The notes under the pieces are model-generated. The model saw nothing but the letters and a program-made list of their open reading frames with translations, searched no databases and was not told the DNA's origin. A DNA stretch of 64,000 nt, taken from the NCBI RefSeq assembly GCF_009914755.1, contig NC_060929.1. The stretch is one strand, 5' to 3'. The translations under genes were made by a program, and so were the position numbers. Below, in pieces: positions 14,530 to 28,902 of the stretch (positions are counted from its first letter, which is position 1; every line of letters begins with the position of its first letter). Origin of the DNA: the human T2T-CHM13v2.0 reference genome, Homo sapiens.

Positions 14530-15200
14530 ACAACTGTTTCTATGCCTATATTCTCATTCTCTCCTTAAATCCCTAAACCTGTGTCTGCTTCATCCCAATC
14601 TACTACAATTTCACTTAAAAGATAATCACTCTATTTTCCCATTTCTTATGTTCCTAGACTATTTACACACTCAGCAAACATTTATTGAGCCTCATCCATG
14701 TGTCATGAAATAGGCAGATTAGAATACAAAGCACAGTGCTTGAAGATCTTCACAGTTTTATAACATTGGACCGTTTTAAAGAATCTCCTTGAACTTCTTA
14801 TGATTTCCATGGAAACACACCATTCTTCTTCTCATCCTACTGTTCTGATTATTTCATTCTTTTTCTGGGCTGATCCACTTTCAATACCCCTTAATAGAGG
14901 TTTCCTCCAATGCTCAGTACCAGGTCCTCTGCTCTGCCTTTGTACTCTCTCCTTTTGAAATAGCATCAGTTGTTCCAGCTTCACTGACTGTCTTTTGTAA
15001 ATGATTTTCATTTGTCTCTGGGCATAAACTTCCACCCAAGCTTCAGTTTCATTGTCCCAATTACACTTTATTGCCTCAACCCATGAAATCCCAACATGTT
15101 TAAAACTAAACAAATTTCTTTACCTTACATATACTCCCATTCCTATGCCTCATCTAATATATTCCTCTGACATATTCTCCTACATACATGTACATAAACT
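14530..15200 (+). mobile_element. Degenerate L2 LINE fragment (boundaries approximate)
   Basis: C/T-rich L2 ORF2-like phrases, e.g. aggtttcctccaatgctcagtaccaggtcctctgctct. Confidence 0.45.
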
Positions 15201-18200
15201 TTCTTGTCTTGCTCTCTCTTTCTGGGTTAACCAAGCCTGCCTGGACAATAGTAAAAACAGAAGTTCCAATCCAAGCAATCTATTTCCTTGTCTGCTTTAA
15301 TTCAGGCCAACTCACTCATAGTAGCAGGCAAACAGGCATTTACCTTCCCTCAGAGCATGGTGTCTTTTATGCAGTGCCAAATAAGTGGGGGAACAAATGA
15401 AGAAATGTCAATAAGCAATTACATATGTACTAACAACGTTAACCTGACAAGTATTTGAGGAAGAAGTAATATGCTTAGTCTCCAAAGAGTTCTCAAATAT
15501 TCAGGCTTGGATAAAAATATTTATAACAGAAAAGCAACAACAAAAATCCCTCTAATTTTTGTTCTCTCATTTTCTACACTCATGATGTTGAACAGACTTT
15601 CCTCAGGATGGCCCTATAGCACCGTCTACCCCAGAACCAAATCAGAGAAGTACTCCTGGTTCCTTCCATTTCCACTGTACTTTAAAATGGGAAGCTACGT
15701 TTCCTTTCCTTTCCTTAGCTATGGTTGATATTAAACCTACCCGTCTATTATCCTCTTATTTTTGGTTCTACTTTTTTGGCAGAGACCTATTTTTCTTGGA
15801 TTATTTTTTACACATGTTTACATGTTTCAGAAAAAAAAACTATGAGATTTACTTTCGTCTTATTCTGTATTTCATCTCATATATGCATTCTTTTTCTTGT
15901 TTGCTTTATCATTCAATCATTCATGGTTCTTAAATGTAAACAGACATAAAAAAAATGCTTAAAGAATGAATGTATACTGAGTCTTCAGGATGACCTAAGA
16001 GTCAGGTTTGGTGGCTACTTGGTCAAGACTAATGCCCAAACCACTCTCGGAGACTGTCCAGCAAAAACCACAGCCACACTGCCCAGGGCACTCAGCACAG
16101 GACATCAGAAATTGTTCTACTGCTGCCCCAGAAGGGCAGGGTCTCAGCCACCACCTTCACCAGAAATGAGTTAATCATTGTGCCTACTTTTTCCCATTGC
16201 TTACTTCTGAACTGAAGTCTCACTGAGGGCCATCTGATTGGTAATAGCTCAGTCATGACTCTGTCATACCTATGAGGAAGGCTGGGAAAATGAATTACTA
16301 TCCTCAGCCCTGGAGACTAAGAAGGTAAGAAATATCCTCAAACTAGAAAGGGTATCCAAGGATTCTATACAAATAAAAAGGTCTGACAAATATCCACTAC
16401 ATTAACTCACTGGCTTTCCTTTCCCACTTCTCTATCTCTGCCAATGTTGCCATCATTTTACCAAATAGCAAGGCTTCTATCAGTCATGTGTTATCTTTTT
16501 TCTCCTTCATTTCCTGAATACAATCAATCAACAATTACTTTCAAGAAATCCACTACTTATCCAGTATAATTACTCATGCTGGAGAAATTCAAACAAAGTA
16601 TAAGCCATGATTAGACTGAAAATCTTAGAAATAACATAGAGAAAATAGTTAAAGAATTATAAGTAGTATAATGAGAAGATTGATTTTAATACAATAAAGA
16701 TTTTGAGGAGAGCTCTATCAGAGTGGATAAAGAAGTTAAGAAAGGAAAGTTTTATAGAGAAATTCAGTATTAAATTAAGCTTTAAGTTTGAGCTACAGAT
16801 GAGGAATATACAGAAGAATGTACTTGTGCTTTTTCCAAAACCTCACTAAAATAAAAGTAAAGAGATGAAAAGCTATGAACCTATAACAAGTGCTACTTAG
16901 TCGAGAACAATGTCCAAATTACACTGACAGAATGTCCCACAAAGATTCCACCTACACTGCCCAAGGCGCCCAGAATAGAATCTGGAGAGGGGCCATTGGC
17001 AGACAAAAAATTTTAACAAAATTGTTGAAAATCTTAAAATAGAGGAATGATAACTATGTAGATGAAACCACAGATTAGAAAGTTTTCAAGGAGAATGCAT
17101 CTAATAAAGAGGTCGGTTAGCCCTCGAAACTCTGGACTTACCTGCCATGTGCTAGAGAAAACTCTAGAAACCAGGTATCTGTCCTTGGAAAGAGAATGAA
17201 TGCTCTTCCTTTATAGGAACCTGAATGAGCCTAGAGAAAGACCACATTCTGATCCATAGGGCTTTTCTAGCATGAGTGTCAGCTCTTCACATAATAACTG
17301 TAAGACAATACCTTCCAGTCCATGAGCCACATCCAAAAACATAGATTTCCCATTTAACTTTTTGAGGTCTTATTTTTAAGTATAGACAAGATTATCAGAC
17401 TTGAGGAAAACATTCAAGATGCAAGAAAAAGACAAAAAGAATAATAAGAATCAAAAAGAATATACAACCCCAAAGACAATTAAAACTGTAAACATTTTTT
17501 AAAATTCTTTAACAATTATATTGCATCTATTACACAGAAGCATGGTGCTATGAAAAAAAAGAAGTGATAATAAGAAAGGCCTCTGGCAAATTAAAAAATA
17601 TAAGTGAAATTAAAAAGAGTTAAAAGATAAAATATATGAATCTCCCAAAAGATTAAACAAAAAGAGAGAAAAAAAATATGAGATGGAAAGTCTGACAGAA
17701 ATTTTATAAAATATAACACTGTGGTACTGGAGGTTCACCATCTGACAAAAGAAAGAACAGAACAAATGGAAAGAAAGAAGTTGTTTAAAAAAAAGTACAA
17801 ATAAAATTTCCAAAGTTTTTGAGATTGGTCTCTAGCTCCCAACACCCCACTAAAAGAATAGAATTATTATTGAATGAATGAAAATCATCATACCATGGCA
17901 TGTTCTAGTGATATTTCAGAATGTCATAAAAAAGAAGAGACGCTAAAATTTCCCTCCATGAAGCAATATCCAGTACTCTTACACAGAAATTTGAATTCAG
18001 AATGCTGCTTCTCAACAACATAGAATATTAAAGAGTGAAAATTGAAGCAATGCCTCAAATTTCTGAGGGAAAACACTTTTCAATGTTTATATCTTTAGAA
18101 TTTAACTAAACTATAAATAATATGTTTAAATATAAAGACATACTCAGACAGGTAAGAACTCGTACAATTTTCCTCACACACACCTTTTCTTAGGAAGTTA

Positions 18201-18414
18201 TCTGGGAATGTGATCCAGCAAAAGATGCGAGTAAGCCAAAAATAAGCCAAAAAATTACACCAAAAAAGAAACAGTTGACTCAACCAAGGAGATATTTCTT
18301 ATTCTAAGCTTACTACATTATAGCAAGCTTGTTAATCACTCTCCCACATAGGAACAAAAAGATGAAAAATAAGTAATGAGGACACCAGGAGAAAACATTT
18401 CAAAAACTTTTTTT

Positions 18415-18475
18415 AAATGCCTGATATGGTAAAGGGTTTGAAAAATAAGTGGAGAGTTACTAGAAGGAAGCTATG
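18415..18475 (+). repeat. Left copy of 61-bp target-site duplication (right copy 22582-22642)
   Basis: 57/61 identical to 22582-22642 and preceded by a T-run (TTTT/AA L1 endonuclease site). Confidence 0.9.
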
Positions 18476-19363
18476 AAAGTTATTTGAAACCAATGAAAAA
18501 AAAGAGACAATGTACCAGAGTATCTGGGACATAGCTAAAGCAGTGTTATGAGGGAAATTTATAGCACTAAATGCCCACATTGGAAAGCTAGAGAGATCTC
18601 AAATTGACACCCTAATATCACAATTAAAAGTGCTAGAGAGGGAAGAGAAAACTAATCAAAAAGATAGCAGAACAAGAAATAGTTACTAAGTTCAGAGAAG
18701 TATTGAAGGAGATAGAGACAGGAAAAACCCTCCAAAAAAAAAAAAAAAAAAAAAAAACAAAAACAAAAACAAAAATGAATCCAGCAGCTGGTTTTTTGAA
18801 AAATTTAGCAAAATAGACCTCTAGCTAGACTAATGAAGAAAAGAGACAAGAATCAAATAGACGCAATAGAAAATGATAAAGGGAATATTATCACTGACCC
18901 CACAGAAATGCCAACTACCTTCAGAGAATACTATAAACATTTCTATGCAAATAAACTAGAAAATCTAGAAGAAATTGATAAATTCCAAGACATATACACC
19001 CTACTAAGACTAAACCAGAAAGAAGTTGAATCTCTGAATAGACCCATAACAAGTTCTGAAATTGAGTCAGTAGTTAATAGCCTACCAACCAAAAAAAGTC
19101 CAGGACTAGAAGGATTCACAGCCAAATTCTATCAGAGGTTCAAAGAGGAGCTGGTACCATTCCTTCTGGAACTATTCCAAACAATTGAAAAAGAAGGACT
19201 CCTCCTAACTCATTTTATGAGGCCAGCATCATCCTGATACCAAAACGAGGAAGAGACACAACATAAAAGAAAACTCCAGGCCAATATCCCTGATGAACAT
19301 TGATGAGAAAATCCTCAACAAAACCAAATCCAGTAGCACATCAAAAAACTTATCCACCACCAT

Positions 19364-19668
<305 letters not shown>

Positions 19669-21358
19669 CTTACCCACCACGAACAAGTTGGCTTCATCCC
19701 TGGGATGCAAGGCTGGTTCAATATATACAAATCAATACACATAATCCATCACATAAACAGAACCAAAGACAAAAACCACATGATTATCTCAATAGATGCT
19801 AAAATGTCTTTGATTAAATTCAACATCCCTTCATGTAAAAAACTCTCAATAAACTAGGTATTGATGGAGCATGTCTTAAAATAACAAGAGCTATTTATGA
19901 CAAACCCACAGCCAATATCATATTGAATGGGCAAAAGCTGGAAGCATTCCCTTGGAAAACCAGTACAAGACAAGGATGCCCTCTCTCATCACTCCTATTC
20001 AACATAGCATTGGAAGTTCTGGCCAGGGTAATCAGGCAAGTGAAGGAAATAAACGGTATTCAAATAGGAAGAAAGGAAGTCAAATTGTCTCTATTTGCAG
20101 ACAATATGATTTTATTTGGAGAAACCCCATCGTCTCAGCCCCAAAACTCCTTAAGCTGATAAGCAACTTCAGCAAAGTCTCAGGATACAAAATCAATGTG
20201 CAAAAATCACAAGCATTCTTTTTTACCAACAATAGACAAGGAGAGAGCCAAATCATGAATGAGTTCCCATTCACAATCACTATAAAGAGAATGAAATAGT
20301 TGGGAGTACAGCTAACAAGGGACGTGAAGGATCTCTTCAAGGAGAACTACAAATCACTGCTCAGGAAATAAGAGACAATGCAAACAAATGGAAAAACATT
20401 TTATCCTCATGGATAGGAAGAATCAATATCATGAAAATGGCCATACTGCCCAAGGTAATTTACAGATTCAATGCTATTCCCATCAAACTACCATTGACAT
20501 TCTTCACAGAATTAGAAAAAACTATTTTAAATTTCATACAGATTCAAAGAAGACCCTGTATAACCAAGACAGCCCTAAGCAAAAAGAACAAAGCTGGAGG
20601 CATCATGCTACCTTACTTCAAACTATACTACAAGGCTATAGTAACCAAAACAGCATGGTACTGGTACCAAAACAGACATATAGACCAATGGAGCAGAACA
20701 AAGACCTCAGAAATAACACCACACATCTACAACCATCTGATCTTCAACAAACCTGACAAAAACAAGCAATGGGGATGGGATCTCCTATTCAGTGAATGGT
20801 GCTGCAAAAACTGGCTAGCCATATGCAGAAAACAGAAACTGGACCCCTTCTTTACATCTTAGGCAAAAATTAATTCAAGATGGATTAAAGCCTTAAATGT
20901 AAAACCCAAAACCATAAAAACCCTAGGAGAAAACCTAGGCAATACCATTCAGGACATAGGCATGGGCAAGTACTTTGTAACAAAAATGCCAAAAGCAATT
21001 GCAACAAAAGCCAAAATTGACAAATTAGATCTAATTAAACTAAAGAGCTTCTGCACAGCAAAAGAAACTATCACCACAGTGAACACGCAACCTCCAAAAT
21101 GGGAAAAGATTTTTGCAATCTACCCATCTGACAAAGGTCTAAGAATTTACAAGGAACTTAAATTTATAAGAAAAAACAACCCCATCAAAAAGTGGGCAAA
21201 GGATATGAACACACACTTCTTAAAAGAAGACATTTATGTGGCCAACAAACACATGAAAAAAGCTCAGCATCACTGACCATCAGAGAAATGCAAATCCAAA
21301 CCACAATGAGATACCATCTCATGCCAGTCAGGATGGCGATTATTAAAATGTCAAGAAA

Positions 21359-21937
21359 ATTTTCTTCCATTTTGTAGGTTGCCTGTTCACTCTGATGGTA
21401 GTTTCTTTTGCTGTGCAGAAGCTCTTTAGTTTAATTGGATCCCATTTGTCAATTTTGTCTTTTGTTGCCATTGCTTTTGGTGTTTTGGACATGAAGTCCT
21501 TGCCCATGCCTATGTCCTGAATGATAATGCCTACAATGATAGACTGGATTAAGAAAATGTGGCACATATACACCATGGAATACTATGCAGGCATAAAAAA
21601 TGATCAGTTCATGTCCTTTGTAGGGACATGGATGAAATTGGAAATCATCATTCTCAGTAAACTATCGCAAGAACAAAAAACCAAACACCGCATATTCTCA
21701 CTCATAGGTGGGAATTGAACAATGAGATCACATGGACACAGGAAGGGGAATATCACACTCTGGGGACTGTGGTGGGGTGGGGGGAGGGGAGAGGGATAGC
21801 ATTGGGAGATATACCTAATGCTAGATGACGAGTTAGTGGGTGCAGCGCACCAGCATGGCACAAGTATACATATGTAACTAACCTGCACAATGTGCACATG
21901 TACCCTAAAACTTAAAGTATAATAATAAAAAAAAAAA
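21359..21937 (+). mobile_element. 5'-inverted (twin-primed) truncated L1PA2-like insertion inside the older L1
   Basis: 21359-21533 is the reverse complement of an ORF2 segment; 21533-21937 is sense ORF2 end + 3'UTR (gatgacgagttag, cttaaagtat) + polyA. TSD aaaa(t/a)gtcaagaaa at 21345-21358 and 21933-21946. Confidence 0.93.
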
Positions 21938-23584
21938 GTCAAGAAACAATAGATGCTGGCAAGGATGTAGAGAAATAGGAACACTTTTACACCGTTGGTG
22001 GGAATGTAAATTAGTTCAACCATTGTGGAAGATAGTATGGTGATTCCCAAGGATCTAGAACAAGAAACACCATTTGACCTAGCAATCCCATTACTGGGTA
22101 TATACCCAAAGGAATAGAAATATTTCTACTATAAAGACACATGCACACATATGTTTATTGCAGCACTATTTACAATAGCAAAGACATGGAACCAACCCAA
22201 ATGTCCATCAATGATAGACTGGATAAAGAAAATGTGGTACATACACACCACGGAATACTATGCAGCCATAAAAAGGAATGAGATCATGTCCTTTGCAGAG
22301 ACATGGGTGAAGCTGGAAGCCATCATCTTCAGCAAACTAATAAAGGAACAGAAAACCAAACACTGCATAAGTGGGAGTTGCACAATGAGAATACATGGAC
22401 ACAGAGAGGGAAACAACACACACCAGGGCCTCTTGGGGGGTGTGGGGGGTGAAGGGAAGGAACTTAGGGGACAGGTCAATAGGTGCAGCAAACCACCATG
22501 GCACACATATACCTATGTAACAAACCTGCACGTTCTGCTCACGTATCCCATTTTTTTTAGAAGAAATAAAAATTTAGAAGAAAATGCCTAATATGGTAAA
22601 GGGTTTGAATAACAAGTGGAAAGTTACTAGAAGGAAGCTATGGCAAGAAGAGAAACATTTGAAACTTCTGTAAAAAAAAAAATCTGTAGAAGACAATAAA
22701 ATGAGAATGGTACCTTACTTAGATCTAGAAAGAGCAATATTCATGTAGTCATAATAAAAATGGATTTGATTAAATATAGTACTATTACATAGAGATGATA
22801 GGAGAAATGGGGAGTGTAAGAGGCCTGTATCCTTATCTTCAGGGCAGTAAGTAAATCATTTCTAAAATTGATCCATCAAAAAATAGCAGCATAGTTGAAT
22901 GGCTTTTAAGGGTTAAAGAGTCTTTCCTCTGAGCAGTAGGCCTGCGGAGAAGGGACCACAGGAGAGTTTGGTTTTCTTTTCAGCTTTTCTGTACTATTAC
23001 TTTTTTTTTAACATGTGAATATTAACTTTGTATTTTAAGCCTTTTTAAAATAGAGAACTTAGCAGGGTGAATAGGATTTGGCAACCCTGAGAGGGTGAGA
23101 GTACACATCAAAAGAATCAAGAAGAACTAACATAGCAAAAGCACCATATCAGACTTATGTCTGGTGAAAAGCCAGGCCTGATCAGAGCATCAGTGTCACA
23201 GCAAAACACGGACGAAAGGAAGGGTGGGGCCAGGCCACTGAGGCCAGCAGTGGGTTGGAAGCCTTTGTAGATGCCTGAGTAACACCTTGATGAGAGCAGT
23301 GTTTTAGGAAGGTCTGAAGGGCTGGACTGTGCAAGTTGCCACAGAGGGAGAGATGCAACTTTCAGTATCTCCCCTACTCCAATACATCTGGTCTAGTACG
23401 TCCACCAAATTCATTTTTCTCCCAGAGTCATAAAGCACAACCATCATTCATTCCTCTCACTTCTGAACTGGAATTACAATAAATTAGCCAAATTAGTATT
23501 CAGGGCTCTCCGTGATCAAGATCAGCATGGTGGCTGCCAACACCAGCTGATTTCTGGGCAACAAATCAAACCAGTCTCTAGGCA

Positions 23585-23740
23585 ATCATTATCAAACTGT
23601 GGTCCTCAGACTAGCAGCATCTAAGTTACCTGAGTGGTAACTTGTCAAATAATAAATTCTTGGGCCCATCCCATAATGTTGAATCAAGCCGGGCCTTCCA
23701 GATGATTCTGATGCTTCATAAAGCCTGAGAACCATTACTG
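23585..23740 (+). mobile_element. MER5A-like MITE, followed by a MIR fragment (~23750-23890)
   Basis: gtggtcctcagactagcagcatc...ccttccagatgattctgatgc...tgagaaccattactg. Confidence 0.65.
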
Positions 23741-25071
23741 TAAAGGCAACTAATTATATGACCTAGAGCAAATTATTTAGCTTCTCTAAGCTTTGGATTT
23801 CTCATCTGAAAAACAGAGACAATACTGTCTACCTCACAGGCTTATGGAAGAGATAAATTTGAATCCATTTGGTGCATACAAGCTCAGTAAATTATTTTAA
23901 AATATCATAGTTTTAGTTTTTTAAAAAATATTTTATATTCTATGGTCCAGACAAGCCATTCTACTCAGCATTCCATACACCTGTGTCTGCATTGTATTAA
24001 CTGTCTGTGAAATGGTTCTTCCCTCAAGAAAGAAACGATCTAAGGCAGAACCACACATACTCACACACTAATAAAACTTAATAAATGTTGGAACTGACAT
24101 TTTAAATAGTGTTTATCATGATGAAAAGGAAAGTTCAAATTAAGTCATCCTAAAAAGGCTCAAAGAAAAGCTTAGCAGAAAAGGAATTTAAAGAGTGGTA
24201 AGATATCAGCAGCTGGACAGGTGGAGAAAGAGTAACACAGTCATGACAGTGCAAGCCAAGTTTAATATAATCCTTTTAGGTGCAACAGCTACATTTCTCA
24301 TTCATCACTAGGCAAATCCTGCTATGGGAGGCGCTTCCCTCTCTTACTATTTTCTCCACATCTGACCTTAAGCTACACTTTACCTCTTCATGAGCAACAT
24401 AAACAGTCTTTTTCAGGATGATAATTGGATTCATCATATGGAGTGTTTGGGGGATCACGCCTTGACCTTCAGATGGCCATTTTAGCACTCTGGCCTCAAG
24501 TTTTCCTTCTCTGTGTTCTCTCCACTTTTTACCTGGCTCCTTTCCTAGGTCCCCTAGCCTGCCCTCACCCACATAAATTCTGAGTCTCCGAAATCAATCA
24601 CTTTCTGTACTAAGAATGATCTTCTCATGTCTTTCTCAAAAATCACTTTACTTTTGGTCAAAATTCAAATGATAGCTATCTCCTTTTTGGAATCCTCAGC
24701 TATTCACAACCAGAAATAGAGCCTCTGTAAGTAATCTCAGAGCATTTCTGATTTTCTATTATAGTCTTTAACATGGGTGTGCTTTAATACACCTATCCAT
24801 ATACCTCCTACTATATTTATGAAACTTTAAAGGGCAGAGACCAGATTTTTGTTCATCCTTTCATGTCCCTTTATGATACCTTACACATAAATGTTCAGTT
24901 CTTGTTAGCTGAATTGAATTGACCTCTCTTGCTCAGAAATCTCCGGTTATACCCACATGCCTATACCATCAAGTCTAACATCAGAATCTTGCTGTCTTTT
25001 GTGGCTGCATACTGCCCATTCAATTTTATTTCCTACTTGACCCCAATACAAATGCACCAATACAGCTTTAT

Positions 25072-25250
25072 CAGTGATTCTCAGCACCAGCTGCACATTA
25101 GAATTCCCTGGAGAGCTTTTTAAAAATGCCATTACCCAAGTCCCTCTACCAAAGATTTTTATATAATTGGTCAAAGATGAGGCCTAGGCATCTGTACTTT
25201 TTAAAAGCATTTGGGATGATTCTAATGGCAACCATGGTTAAGAAATACTG
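25072..25250 (+). mobile_element. MER5B-like MITE
   Basis: cagtgattctca...ctgcacattagaattccctggagagctttttaaaaat...gatgattctaat...ttaagaaatactg. Confidence 0.7.
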
Positions 25251-25671
25251 AGCTACTGTATTTGCTTCACTTTTTCCTGAGAGCAATTTATTCACCCTCG
25301 ACAACATTTTCATGCTCTTCTACCTAGCCATTTTAGTAAAACTCACACACCTCTATATTTGTGCAGGATCTGGTTCAGGCTCACCTCTTTCAGGAAGCCT
25401 TCCCTCACTACCCCTATCTACTCTGATCTCTCATAGTCTTATATTTTATTGACTTACTATTTCACAATTTCTAGTGGCAGTGCTTGACTTGCCAGTACAA
25501 ATGCCTGCAGGGCAGGAAGTCTTGTCTGAGAAACTCAATAAATATGCTGAACTTTCAATTATCACTTTGGTTTGATCACATTTCAAGATGAACACTTTAT
25601 ACAAAATAAAGTAAAAATAATAAAACTCAGTGTATAAATATATGCTGATTATATTTCCATAACTGTGTAGA

Positions 25672-25897
25672 GAGCCCAAATCCTGGAGTCAAACATACCT
25701 GAATTTGAATCCCAGCTCCAGCACTAGTTAGTTGTGTGACCTTGGGCAAGTTACTTAATCTTTCTAAGTCTCAGTTTTCTGATATTTAAAAAGTGAGTAA
25801 TAGCAGTACCTACCCTCATTAAATTGTTGTGAATATTAAATGAAATAAGGTATGTAAAATCTTTAGCAAAACATCTGGTACATATTAAGCAATCAGT
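25672..25897 (+). mobile_element. MIR SINE, near full length
   Basis: ctggagtcaaac...tttgaatcccagctcc...tgtgtgaccttgggcaagttacttaatctttctaagtctcagtttt. Confidence 0.85.
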
Positions 25898-28089
25898 TCA
25901 TAAATATAATTATTTATTATTTGAGTGAGGGTTTTACACCTAACTCCTTTTAAATCCACACTTTCTTGAAAAAAGCATCTATCTTTTATATATTTTCTCA
26001 AAAGCAAAGATAAGCGATCCTTTGTGCTTTATTGCTATATCTAACAAGATTATTTCACCATACCAAAGCTTAACTGTGTTACTATTACGTTAGAATGTTC
26101 GTTATACACAATACTCTAAGTAATTTCAGTGCTTATGGATATATCATTACATTATATGAAGTTACTGACAATTTACAGGTTTAATTTAGTGACTAAATAG
26201 TAGGAAATTCTGATTAAGAATTCGCCAGAGGGGAGAAATCTAATTGAAGGGGAGTGAAGTCCATACCATGGACCATTTAGCTGAATTAAACCCAGCTTCC
26301 AAGGGATGGTACAGGGAATGATTAGAATGCTACAGCTCTGGTTACTACAAACATTGAGTGGATTACCAACCAATCTACATCTCTACATTTTCGCACTCAC
26401 CACCCATGACTTCAGAGCATTTCAATAATGAAACTCTATAGGGAGAAAAACTGTTTAGATGTTTTTCCTTCACCTATTGTAATCTCACAGTCAGCTATCT
26501 AACATACACAGAAGCTGCCCGCAGATGACACCACTGAGAAATACAGAGAAAAGGAAGCATGAAGGAAAGAAGGAGGAAGGCAAAGGGGCAAGGGGAAAAG
26601 ATCACACATTGCAAGTCATATGATTATAAAAATCAATGAAAATTCATTATAAAATAACTGGAAAATGTTTAGGTTTTTTTACTTTGCTCTCAACCCTACT
26701 CTTCAAGATGCTTTATTGTTTTGCTATTTAGAAAGTGCTTAGAGAGTTCTACAACAGAAGTACTTCACTGTTTTATTAAAGATTATTTTTAAATGTGCAA
26801 GGAACAATTTACAGAAAAATCCACATTCTCTTTGGCTCATAGGATTCAGCCCTAGCTGTTAAAGGCTCAATAAACTGTTATTGCTTCACATTACTGAATA
26901 GATGCAACTGTGAAAAAAAATATAACAAGTTCACATTCTCATTCATTCTTCACATTTCTCCCGCCTTCCTTCTCATCTCCTTCTAGAGCTTTATCCTTTC
27001 TTCTTTCCTTCACCCAATGTCATTCCTTTCGCTCTGTACCAAAATACACACTAACATTCTTTAAACAGTGTTGTTAGATCAAAGTGCTAGTTTTCATCCT
27101 GAAGTGTATAGGTTTCTGCTGTGTTTAGCAAGTTAAAAAAAAAAAAAAAAAGCAACTCTGACAGTTTTAGATTATCAGTTTCACATGCTTGGTACAAGTG
27201 AGGAAACTTGAGATGCAAAATCAGTAGAATGTATACAAACTGCATTTATTTTTTTCATCAAAGCACACACTGAAGTGTTTGGCTTATTGCCTAAAACTCA
27301 ATTATCAGATTTTTTTAATTTTAAGAACCTCATCTTTGAACATAGAAATCACAAATATTTCACTCTTCTAAGTTTTGGGGCTTTGCTTAGCAAATTGAAG
27401 TCAAAAACAGAAGTAGTAGTGTCTGCTGTTTCTGCCGAATGATTAGTACAGGCGGAAGGGTTATAGAGGTTAAACAAGGAAATCGTTTGTTTCTGCCTAC
27501 ACAAAGGATTATGAGAACACTTTTCAATGTAAACACACTTGAGATGCTGAGGTATGTTGTGAAGAGTTAAGCTGTGAGTCCTGTGTGAATTTACTTGTTT
27601 GTCTGACAAACGAAAACATTTCAAAGGTTATCTATGCCTGGAAGCTTATGCCAGGCAGAGAGACCTTCACTTCTTTTTAACGTGGGTTTGGGATACTGGG
27701 GTGATAATAATATGTATTGTGAATGAAGTGCAGATAGGAAAAAAAGAGTGAAGCAGATAAAAATGGGGCTTTTTTTCCTACTTGTACAAATTGATCATTG
27801 CTTGCTTCTCCAAAGGCCAAAATATCTTAACTACTGGGAAGCCATTGAAATTATTTCCCAGTATTGTGAGTTGACACAGGAGAATAGAAGGTCCTCTTTA
27901 TTTAAAAACTTATTTTGCACCCAAAATAATCCCATCAGGCCTTCAGTATTTGGTGGCAGGGTTTCGGTCTTCGAAGAGGAATACACAAATTAGAATTGTT
28001 TGGGAACCCACTCACCACAAACTGACCAGTTAACTTTTGTGGAATCAACATTAGTGCTAGCATAGCAACACCTACTGGTTAATTTATGA

Positions 28090-28420
<331 letters not shown>

Positions 28421-28676
28421 CAGTTCCTCCATCTTAATTAGAAAAATTAAAGCATGTTTTTTACCTATGACGTCTAAAATTTTACCCATTTTAGATATAT
28501 AAATGAGTATAAAAATGACTGTTTTCAAATTAAAGAATGGGAAAGAAAACTGTAGTTGTGAAAGAAAAATAACTATGTTTAGGGTGCTACTAAGGCAATT
28601 ATTACACTTCTCAGTAATTGGAAGTTGCCATTCAGCCTTCTAAAAATTATGTTATGTAGTTCATAAGTGAGACTGA

Positions 28677-28902
28677 TTCTTTTTCTTCTTTCTTCTCCTC
28701 CCTTCCCCCCCTCCTCCTCCTCCCCCTTCTCTTCCTCCCTCCTCTTCTCCTTCTCCTCCTCCTTTTCTCCTCCTCCTTCTCTTCTCCTCCTCCTCCTCTT
28801 CTTCTTCTCCTCCTCCTCCTCTTTCCTTCCTCCTCCTCTTCCTCCTCTTCTTCCTCCTCCTTCTCCTGCTCCTTTTCTTCCTCCTCCTTCTCTTTCTTCT
28901 TC
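28677..28902. repeat. (CCT/CTT)n polypyrimidine low-complexity tract
   Basis: About 225 bp almost entirely C/T on the + strand. Confidence 0.95.

Noticed and set aside
21770-21795. G-quadruplex-like G tracts (also ~56758-56782)
   Set aside because: Standard feature of primate L1 3'UTRs, not locus-specific.
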